Assembly: GCF_964194025.1 (NCBI RefSeq)
Contig: NC_134470.1
Location: forward strand, 79,732,001 to 79,796,000
From: Convolutriloba macropyga
Taxonomy: Eukaryota
Length of the DNA: 64,000 bases
Direction: 5' to 3'
A program made the translations under genes and the position numbers. Below, piece by piece: positions 1-11,000 of the stretch (positions are counted from its first letter, which is position 1; each line of letters starts with the position of its first letter). The notes beneath the pieces are model-generated. The model was not told the DNA's origin, did no database searches, and saw only the letters and a list, made by a program, of their open reading frames with translations.

Positions 1-1360
1 AACACAGAGCTTTGTATAAACCCTCTCGAAAAAACTTGTTTTCTGGCGCCATTTACCTGGCCATTTTATTCTGGCTTCTTTTAAAATCCCTTCTTCGATC
101 AGTTTACCCATGAGAGCGCCTCTATCAACAAAGCCGAAGGCTTCTACGAGATCAATGAACAGCATAAAATTCTTACTTCTTTTCTCTTGCTGTCTATACT
201 ACGCTATGGAGCAGCCAATTTGCTTGATGCGTACTTTACATTTTCTGAAAACAAACTGGAGATGGTTCAATTCCATTACAGTCAAATAATCGATTCTCCC
301 TCTTTGCCAAGCATAAATATTTCCTGATCTTTTTGGTCCCCTTTGTATTTCTGTGACACTCCCTCTTTAACACAGGATGCGGTTTTTGGTCAAGATGGGA
401 CCTATGTTCTTTGAATGTCACTTGTAATTCCACAATGCCCTCCTGCTTTCCTGCTGCCCCTGGGACGGCTCTTTTGGTAATTTATCTGTAAAATTCTGTA
501 ATATTCATGAAACACTGTTGATAGGCATTTTTTTCGTCTCTTTTGTCTCAATCCATGACACTCGATAGCACCTGAGTTCCTTTTTGAGAGCTTTTGTCCT
601 TCTGATATTTCGCGTGTCCTGTAATTTTAGTACATTTTAAACCTAGTTCTAAACAGATTTCGATTGCTAGTTATTGACAGTCAGCTGTAATCTTCCTAAT
701 TTTCTTGCTACGTTCATCTCTTTTGAATTTATTACTGACTTTCCTTGCTATATATAGTTGTACGGATTTTCTTTCAGGCAGAGTTTCAGTTTCGGCTTGG
801 GTCGAGTGTTTTGTTCAATGGTCAGTCGGTACGTTCCCATTATCTTCGCGGGATCAATTTTGGTTGCCTTTACAGTACAGCGCATTTTTGAACTTTCTTG
901 TTTGGCAGACGTTTTCACTTTTTTGTTTGACGTCTGTTCTGACGTCTTTTTCAAGTCTTTTACGGCTGGCTCGCATGATTTTTTTTAGGAGATCTTTACC
1001 CTTAATGCGGCACCACGATGATAACGATCTTGTCTATCCAGGAAAATATCAAGTACTGAATTTATAATGAGTTCTATGAGCGAAGCAAAAGCATTTCTGC
1101 TGGATCTTTTACTGATGTCGCTAGATAATTTTTAGTTTTTTTCCTGAAACATTCTATTTGTGATGCAAGGGCTGATCTCTGTAATCAATTGTGTCTTTTC
1201 ACCATTCCATTTTCATCTTCAGGAAGGAGTATTCCAATGTGTTTGGGTGATGATCTTGCATCTCTTTACTGTGTTGCGTTTGCGTTAAGATCTCTGATTA
1301 CAGTCAGCTGGAATTCCTTCCGTGTCTTTACTTTCAAAAACCCAGATTGCAAGACTTCTG
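1..1360 (-). mobile_element. Decayed non-LTR retrotransposon (LINE) ORF2 fragment
   Basis: Minus strand near 90-175 reads NFMLFIDLVEAFGFVDRGALMGKLIEEGI, resembling the RT motif FIDxxKAFDxVDR. The rest is broken by stops and frameshifts, so the extent is approximate. Confidence 0.55.
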
Positions 1361-1363
1361 ATT

Positions 1364-2547
1364 ATAGCTGCGAAGCTGTAAGCTGAGCGAAGCTATATTG
1401 CGGTGCTCTTGGTTTTTTTACAATTCAAAGAATTTGAATTGTATTGGGGCGCTGTCTTTTTTTAAAGATCTGTTCACACATTGATTTTTGAAGTCAAATT
1501 GGAGTGCGAAAATGGTGTTTGAACAAAAATTCGGTTTCTCGGTAGTGGTTTTTTGTTCACATGCGGCAATTTCACTCTGATTTTTACTGTTTTTTCGATT
1601 TTTTGGATCGGATTTCTAAATGGTTTTCGCTCATTCTAGCTCATTCTCATTCTAGGCCTAGTTTTTTGTTTGAATTAAATTTTACTTTCTCGCTACTGGT
1701 TTTTTTGTTCACATGCGGCATTTTGACATTGATTTTCAGTTTTTTTCTTATTGTTTTTATCTGATTTTTTTAAAATGGTTTTCTCAATTCACTCATAATC
1801 CATTCCAGGTCTAGTTTTTCTGTGTAGTCAATGAAAATTCTTTGAATTGTTCGTCAGGACTTGTCCTGCTATGTTTTTTGTTTTTGGATTAAATTTTCAT
1901 TTCTCGCTAGTGGTTTTTTTTGTTCACATGCGGCATTTTGACATTAATATTTTGTTTTTTTTTATCTGATTTTTTAAAAATTGTTTTCTCAATCCACTCA
2001 TAGTCCATTCTAGGTCTAGTTTTTCTGTTTAGTCAATGAAAAATCTTTGAATTGTTCGTCAGGACTTGTCCTGCTATGTTTTTTTGTTTCGTCGTCTGAC
2101 GCTCTTTTTCGTTTTACATTTGTTCACACAGCAAAGCTGAAAAGGTCAAATTTTCTGATTGACTTCTTCCTCTCACTAACGGCGTTTGCGCGCGTGACGT
2201 CATTTCTCAATCTCTCGAGAGAAAGTATTTAAGGCATTTGCGTGATTAGATTTTGATCATACGTGACTTACCTCGCTCAATAAAATGATTTTTGCACTTC
2301 AAAACTTTAAGTTTAAATTGAATTAATTTAAGGTCAAAGGAACTCATATATGCAGTGAAGGTTCCTAATAAAAGGTGTGTGCGGAATGAATTTTAACAAG
2401 CTTTATTAATTTATCGCTGAAGGTTTTTACCTAGATTTTTGAGCGGCGTCGATTTTTTTCAATTTAGATCTGTATCTGTTTCTATCTTTATTATACGGCA
2501 CGCAAGTCTATTCTTTCGCAGCTATTCCGGCAATCTGCCGGCTATGT
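1364..2547 (+). mobile_element. Helentron-like non-autonomous element (HINE-1 relative) with a nested HINE-4 at 1420-1873 and a duplicated HINE-4 3' end to 2078
   Basis: Subterminal inverted repeat ATAGCTGCGAA (1364) / TTCGCAGCTAT (~2515). 3' hairpin CCGGCA-ATC-TGCCGG followed by CTATGT. No TSD. Confidence 0.65.
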
Positions 2548-4263
2548 TTGTTAAGGTCTTCTACATACTCTTTTTCTAGTTTTCTTAGTAGGTTAGGTTA
2601 TAACTATAAATTTTGTAACTATACCGAGCAAAGAGATTATCAGCCATGTCACTGGCTGTCTTCTCAATAGCACAGGCTCAGCTTTAAGGTCAGATTGTCT
2701 GCTCCCGTCGAGCTTTGAAATTGTTTACCGGCCAGAGGAATTGTTCTCCATAAGGTTATCGGTCTTGGTCTCCACCATCTCGTTCTACATTTTGGGTTTC
2801 AATCTTCTTCCTCCTCTTGTCACTTTTTTTGATTGTTTCTCGCCTTCGTTGACTGCTAGACCAATCAAGGTCAACCCTCTTTCAGGCTAATTAATGGTTT
2901 ATACATAGGTGATCGTAGCAGTTACTATCTCACATCTCTTCTCAGAGGTTAAGTGGTGCGGGAGTTTAAATACCTCGGCAGTATTATAACCACAGACTGA
3001 ATTGTCTGGCTTAAATAGTTTGAGTTAATAGAAAAAGGAAAGATTGCCAGTAGCAAAGCTCAACGCAGCAGTAGTCAGTAGAACATTCAGATGGAAAGCA
3101 AAGTGTGGACTGATAAGTCTTCATAAAACCAATCTTATTTTATGGCCTTGAAACAAGCATCTGAAGAAACTGATATAGATGCAGTGTGCAGTGTTAAAGA
3201 AAGCACGTGTTATTGTCAGGAAGATAATAACTGGAAACTTTTGCAAATAAAAGGAGTTAGATTCTGATGTAGTTGAGATATCAACTATAACACTGCTTGG
3301 CTGCCCCTTGAATTGCTGTAACAAGTCGTTAAAACAGTAGACTGGTGGAAAACCTCCTTAAAAACGTGGCAGTAGATCTGCAAAAATTGACAGACAAGGA
3401 AGAAACAAGTACTGAAAAATCAAAAGCTTGCACATGCTGAGTTTAGACTCTGGACACTAGCAGAAAAATGCTGCCAGAAATGCAGGCGACATAAAGTCAA
3501 GAAGAGCGTTATAAATAATCGAGACGACAAGCGTGGCTGATCCCAAAGTAAAAGCAGACAAGTCGGAAAGCATGATATAGAATCTCTACGCGGATGCTCT
3601 CGTTGGACAAACCTCGGGCGCGTCTCACGGTAGTCTAAGGAACTGACCCAATCAATCTCCTGTCGCGAACCCCGAAGGTCTAATAACTAAAAGCAGGCAG
3701 TCGGGTATCTAAACGTGCCTACCAATAGTTGGAGCTACCACGTATTCCTCTATCCGTTTTTGAAGGTGGCATCAAGCTGTAAGAAAGTGCAGATGCACAC
3801 GGCTGATTGTTGTTTCAAAATTCCATTAGACTCTGATTCCCGATTGTGTGGGTTCATGATGACGAAATTTTGAAGGCCCGATTGGTAGGGTTTCTGGGAA
3901 CAAACAAAAGGCAAATGCTCAATTGCGTAGGCACCATGGTGATTTGTGGGCACAAGGCTGATCGTAAGAAAACTTTCTGAGAATCGACAGAACTTAGAAA
4001 TGATTTCAACAATGAGTTCCCCAACCAAGCATACCTTAAATTTATTATAATAAAATTTAAAAAAGTTAGACTCTGATAGTTTTTTCAATAAATCGACAAT
4101 GTTTTTTAATGTTAACTTCCATCGCTTACATAGGTGTGGTTAGGTTTTTAATTCTGAGCCATTTGCATTCTTCTGGACGGATGTTTCCTGCGGAATTGAT
4201 TCAGTTTTTACTGATCAATCTATAGTGTGTGTCATTCTTTTCTTGTGCAACAGCTTTCTTGTT

Positions 4264-4792
4264 AATAGCCGCCCTCATCTTCTCAGCCGGCTAATATAGC
4301 GCTCCTATTTTTTTTTTACTTCGTCGAACTTTTTTTCGCTTTACCATTTTGCCGCTTTTTCGACATTTTGCGTGAAATCTTTTTGACTTCTCTAGGCTAG
4401 TTTCTCTCTTCTCTCATTCTGCTAAAAGTGAATTTGAACATCAGTTGCTCAGCAAAGCAATTCAAAATGAACAGAGTCAGTATAAAAAATTGAAGTCAGA
4501 ATTAGAAACGGAATAAACCCATAAAGCCCAATTTTAGATGCCCGCTATTTTAACGTCGTTCCTATAAGTCTTAGTTACCTCTCTCTAATGCTTATTGGTA
4601 TTGATAGTAGCCCCTGTAGCCTCTCTCTAAGAAACAGAAGTATATTCAACTACGAAATGTCATCAAAATAAATCGGACTTAAAAAATGCTTTTGTACAAA
4701 AATCTTTTTTTTTTTCAATATCTATTCTTTCAATCCCAATCATGCTTATTGGAATCAACGGTGGCTATTTTCCGGCAATCTGCCGGGTATGT
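4264..4792 (+). mobile_element. Divergent HINE-1-like element
   Basis: 5' AATAGCCGC; 3' GTGGCTATT followed by the CCGGCAATCTGCCGG hairpin. Confidence 0.5.
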
Positions 4793-4948
4793 TTCAATAA
4801 TTGCAGCAAGAATATTCTGGTACTGCAAGAATTCGAAAACTGCTTGACATTTAACAGCCTTATTCTCTGTGGGATATTTTTAGAAGGGGACAGATCTGGA
4901 TAAAAATAAAGATCTGGATTGTTAATATCATTATCGTTTTTTAAGCAG

Positions 4949-5070
4949 GGAACCAGCGAGTAGCAGACTTGTGTTCGTCGAGTCATTCAATGTACCGAGG
5001 CATGAGTTCTTGGGCAAGTACGATGACCTTTACTGGAAGAATAAAGCAGTGCTGTTTGAAGCCATTTTGG
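4949..5070 (+). CDS. CAPS2: CAPS2 exon
   Basis: ttttaagcag acceptor; G|GTAAGT donor; encodes EPASSRLVF...FEAIL. Confidence 0.75.
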
Positions 5071-8000
5071 GTAAGTTCTCAAATTCCATCGACACTCGAC
5101 CGAAAAGTATTTTGAGTTGTCGAAAGATGTTTCAACTACAATACTACCTATTCGGAGTTATGACTACAGAGTTTTCGTTTTGGCCTATTGGCTTGTTTCA
5201 CCAGGACGAGTTATATTACCCTTATGTAAAAGAATATTAGAAATTCAAGCGTTGGAAAATCAATTCATATTATTTTGCTTTGAAATTTTAGTTGATCAGC
5301 TATCGAGATCTGTGCTATGTGACCCTGCTCAAGACGTCTCACGTGCTTCCAGTCGGCCATCCTCCTCTCGCATGAGACTGGGAGCGACCAAAGGAGACAA
5401 GCCTCCTATCAACTTGCACCAGACACTTGTTAACCCCACAGACAAGACTGTCAATGAGGCTGTGTTGAGCAAAAGAGTTCAGTTTGACGCCAGAGTCGTC
5501 TGTAGAGATGGAAGTTTGGCTTTAAAGGTTAAAATTGCGTTTTCGGATCTATTCTGTCCCCCTCCCCCCAGTTTTTTCTAACGCCCCCCAGTTACAAATT
5601 AAATGTTGTTATATAGCGCGTTACTATGTAAAAAAATGGCAGGTGCGCCTGGGGGAGTAAAAGATATAAGCCCACTAAGCTGGGGGGGGGGGGGGGTGCA
5701 GAATAGATCCGCGTTTTCATTTAAAATCTTGGATCTATTCTGTACCCCTCCCTCCCCCCGGTGGCTTTTGTATTCTCTACTTGCTAACAATGTGTTGCAA
5801 AATAGCACGTTGTAAAGAAATAACACGCGTGCCTGCTGATATTTTTACATTCGAATTGGTGACATTTTTTGCGCAACCGAAAAAGGTAACGAGCTGTAAT
5901 TTTAAACTAGCTCCCTAGTTTCTAAGGCTAAAGTTGAAATGTAAAATGCTGCTCCTGCCGACAATTAAGCCTTTATCTACGAACTGTGAAAATAATTATA
6001 AAAGTTTTGCTAGAAAATTTTCGATTGTTCATTTCACAGAAATTCGAGGATAAACCCAGTCTATAAATCTAGGTCATTTTTTTTCAGGAACTGTCGGGTA
6101 TTTATTTCTATTACGACAATTCAATAGTCGTCTATGAACTGCGACAATTTGGAAAGCAACGGTACACATCACTCCCTTTTATCGAACGAAGCAATTACGT
6201 CAATCTAGCCAAATTCATATCCACTGGTCCTGAAATGGAAAAGGCAGTTTATGGAATACACGACATAACACCTGGTTTTGATTTGGTATTTATGACAGAA
6301 GAGCAGAATTGCTTGCCTCCTTCTATAAAGCAAGCAAGACATTGTGTGGTGCTGCGAATTACAGCGATTGACGAAAGTGCCAAATTTGCGATCTTACAAT
6401 CGAGTACAGCAATACTGTCAAAACAGATGACAGTTCAAGAGAAACGTGAATATCTGAAACTGATAGAGATTCAGAAACAAAATCAAAATCAGCTTGCAAA
6501 TGAAGCCAAGCTGTTGAATGTGTTTGGAGCTATTATCGATTGTTGCAATAGAGGGACGGGGTATTACAGTTTAGACTTCTACGCCAATATCATAAGTGTA
6601 AGTATGTTTTTCTGTAAAACATTTCCTAACTTAAACTCCTCAACTTTTCTATAGAAAAAATTTTTCAAACACTGTACTTTATAATAGCTGAACATCTTTT
6701 TATCGACGTGAATCATTGTCAGTGTACAACTGAACTGCGCTAATTATTTGATATTATGAGATGACCTCAAAAGACGTCGATAGCGTTAATTTGGGTCATG
6801 TTAGTTTTTCCTAAGGAATGTTCGGATCGTCGATCGTCACCGATAGTGACGAGGAGACAAAAATTATAGTGTGGTCGGCTAGTTAGTAGGTTGCATCATT
6901 CCGTTTTTTCTACGCTTTCCTGACTATTGAGCCTAGTCTACCTGTGCGTAAGCTAGCTACAACCAAAATTAGTGCACGTCAGCCTTTTCAGCCCAATTCT
7001 TACAACGTTTTTTCATTACACTTTTAACTGCGAAGCTGTGAATCGAATGTATCTATGTTACTGTACTCTTATTCTGCTGTCTTGCGCTTATTTTCGCTTG
7101 ACTTTTTATGCCTGAAAACAGCCAGGTGGTTCATCTTTTGACGCAGCTCTTTAACTGCTTTTCTGTGCATTACATCATTTGTTAGACTCATTATCAGTAA
7201 TTTTGAACCGAATTGCTTTATTAGTCAAATATTTTTTTGATATTTAAATGGCTTTAACCAAAATTACCGTCCTGTAAAGTTACTCTAAATCCCTCGAGTC
7301 CATTTCACATCTAATTCTGCAATTTGCTGAATGAATAGTTTTTAATAGCTCTCGTAGAGAAGCAATTATTGTAAACGTGTGCGTCTTTTTTATGCAAAAT
7401 TTTTGCATGACCGTTTTGACTTTTCGAGTGACTTCTACGCCCTTGACCTTTTGCGTTTCGCGTGATCACAATTCTCTCTCAATCACAATTTTAAGCAGTT
7501 GAACTCAATTGGCGGCAATTTAAAACTACAAGTCAAATTAAAAGTGCGCCGAAACTGGTGGCATTTTTCACTTAAAATATTTTTTGTGGTATGTTGACCT
7601 GTAATGTCGTTATTTTAAGCCGAATTTTGAGAACTCCCCCCCCCCGACTGAAACAGGCTGCAATTGATTAAAGCTCCCACTAGTCGTTCGAGAGCAATTC
7701 TTCCGACGTTTAGTCGGTTATGTTTATTTAAAGCGCTTTCTAAGTCCCTCACGATCTGAGTTGACACATTTATAGTACATTTCGGAGCTAATTGCTGGTG
7801 GGTTGCTACAAAAGTCAAACCAAAGCTATGTCAAAGTTAATTTGATTACCCAGTTCCAACCAATTTGTTTAAACGAGAGCCATTGGAACCCCCAGAGAAT
7901 GTGAGCACCAGCATCACTAGTTTGTTTAAAAAAGAAACAAATTAACTGTCCGTGTCGTTTGAAATGATTCTCTTCATGCATTGTTATTTGCTCTCAAACG

Positions 8001-11000
8001 AAGTTTGTAGCAATTATATTAGTCCTGTCGGTCTTTTTTTGTGCGATTTTTCGGTTGACCATCGGGTGTCGTCTGACGCATTGAATTTTCGTCCTCAAAA
8101 ATGGGATGAACAGGTAGCGCCCAACGGGAATTAAGTGCTCTTAGAGTCTTTCAGATCACTATTCGTCAGGTCGATTCACAGAATCTGTTTTGGAGGCTTA
8201 CACTTATGGCGCGAAGGGCGGTTCTTAGAGATTGACTCCCCCCCCCCCCACTGTTGCCACACCCCTTCAATTAAGCTAAAGCCAGCCGCACTAAACCGTG
8301 CCTAGCTACTGACGAAGCCAATCGCTCGCCGGTCGTTTGAGAGCAATTCGACCGTCGTTAGCCGGTTATATTTTTAGATAGAAATCAATTGAAAAAAAAA
8401 GATATTCTAATGTTGGTTTCCGTTTTTACTTGTGAGCTGGTGTCACTTTTTGAACTGTTTTAAAGTTCTGTGATGGAAGCAAAGTAGATCGAACATAAAT
8501 ATACTTTTAAGAGAAATGAAGTGATAGCGATTCTGAGATTGAGCTTTTCGTGGTGGTTACTTTCTCGCGAACGGCAAATTATTTGCCACCAATTGTCGCC
8601 TAGTTTTTCAGATAGGCAGTTCTGTGAGTCCAAAGTTTCCATTTTGTTCACATGAATGAGAGGTTATTTTGTTGATTTTTTTATTGATGCTGCTCCCTTC
8701 ATTCTTCGGCCATTGTGCCCATGTTGAGGATAATAAGCAGTTCCACAGCCAAGTAATTTAGATATAATTAAATCAAGATTGAAATCTTAATATTAGTATA
8801 TTATATGCTCTAATACCATCATTTTATACCCCCTCCCTGGCTTATGTAAGGCCACCCAATTATAACCTCATCCGTAGATTTGAGAGAAGTTCAGCCGAAC
8901 GTAGTCGGCTATGTATTGCAACTACTCGTTGTGAAAAGAGAGGAGGTTTAATGTCATCGAGGCGCTTTAATTGGTTGTATTAGAGCTTGTTATATGTTGT
9001 ATTAGAACAATTTTAAGATCTCAATTGCGTTATTTTATTTGCAGCAGTTCTTCTATTTTTTGTGAGTTTGTCGCGTCAATCCTGTACTTAGAGGCAGTTT
9101 CGTTGTAGAACTAGCTGTCCTAATTCATAATGCTGTTGTTTTTCATATTTGGATTCCAATTTCATTTCATCCATAACGTTAGACTGTTTCTTTCTTTGTA
9201 GGTAACCGTTCATTTAGCTCTTTCTAGGATTGTTAACTTCTCTCAAGAGATGGTAGGGCAATTTTTGCAGCTCCTTTTTCGTCGTCGGTTTTGTCCAACT
9301 AATTTTATGTGACTTTTTAAACTGCTTTTGAACGAAGTTTGAAGCAATTATTTTAAACGTGCTAGTCTTTTTCATGCAAAATTTTTGTTTGACTGTTTTG
9401 ACTTATCGACTAATTTTTACGCCCTTGACTTTTTGCGTTTCGCGTCATCTAGCTTTCTCTTTCATAAGTGGCACCTGCTGAACTCACGTTGCGGCAGTTC
9501 ACTACTGAAAGTCAAATGAAAAGTGCGCCAAAATTGGTGCAAGTTTTTCACTTAAAATTTTATTGGTGGTTATAGTGGTATATGATAGCCTCTAATGACG
9601 TCATTTGAGCTCTGAGTGACTTTAACCCCCTCCCCCCCCGCGCCGACTGAAACAGGCTGCAATAAATTCGAGCTCCCACTAGTCGTTTGAGAGCAATTCT
9701 TCTGACGTTAGTTGGTTATATTTTTGCATTTCTGATTTCTGTCGTTTCCATTCGGAATCGCATGCACCTTAACATAACTTTACGCGTTTTTTTCTGGTAG
9801 CTGTTTGCTATTGGGCTATGATTACATGGCTTCATGAAGCTTGGAAAAAATCTTCAACAAAATTTCTCTAATTTTTCATTGAAATTTTAGGATTATGGAT
9901 TTCTGACAAGCTCAGAAGACTTAAACACTGTCTGGAGTTCAATCAAAGATAAAACCTTCAATGATGAAGCACCTTTTGAGCATTTTATGGAAGCGTTTTT
10001 CGGATCACTGCCTGAAGACGACAGCTTCCTGGTAAAGAAATAATTTTTAACTAAAGTTTGAACTAAAACTAAACTAAACAAAATCAAAATCAGCTTGCAA
10101 ATGAAGCCAAGCCGTTGAATGTGTTTGGGGCCATTATCGATTGTTGCAATAGAGGGACGGGGTATTACAGTTTAGACTTCTACGCCAATATCATAAGTGT
10201 AAGTATGTTTTTCTGTAAAACATTTCCTAACTTAAACTCCTCAACTTTTCTATAGGGAACATTTTTCAAACACTGGACGATCGTCGATCGTCACCGATAG
10301 TGACGAGGAGACAAAAATTATAGTGTGGTCGGCTAGTTAGTAGGTTGCATCATCCCGTTTTTTCTACCCTTTCCTGACTATTGAGCCTAGTCTACCTGTG
10401 CGTCAGCTAGCTACAACCAAAATTAGTGCACGTCAGCCTTTTCAGCCCAATTCATTACACTTCTAACAACACTTCATTACAAACGTTTTTTCATTACACT
10501 TTTAACTGCGAAGCTGTGAATCGAATGTATCTATGTTACTGTACTATTATTCTGCTGTCTTGCGCTTATTTTCGCTTGACTTTTTATGCCTGAAAACAGC
10601 CAGGTGGTTCATCTTTTGACGCAGCTCTTTAACTGCTTTTCTGTGCATTACATCATTTGTTAGACTCATTATCAGTAATTTTGAACCGAATTGCTTTATT
10701 AGTTAAATATTTTTTTGATATTTAAATGGCTTTAACCAAAATTACCGTCCTGTAAAGTTACTCTAAATCCCTCGAGTCCATTTCACATCTAATTCTGCAT
10801 TTTGCTGAATGAATAGTTTTTAATAGCTCTCGTAGAGAAGCAATTATTGTAAACGTGTGCGTCTTTTTTATGCAAAATTTTTGCTTGACCGTTTTGACTT
10901 TTCGAGTGACTTCTACGCCCTTGACTTTTTGCGTTTCGCGTGATCACAATTCTCTCTCAATCACAATTTCAAGCAGTTGAACTCAATTGGCGGCAATTTA

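Noticed and set aside
2950-4090. Possible upstream CAPS2 exons or a nested gene in a somewhat GC-richer stretch
   Set aside because: No frame gave a recognisable motif or consistent splice sites; left unannotated.
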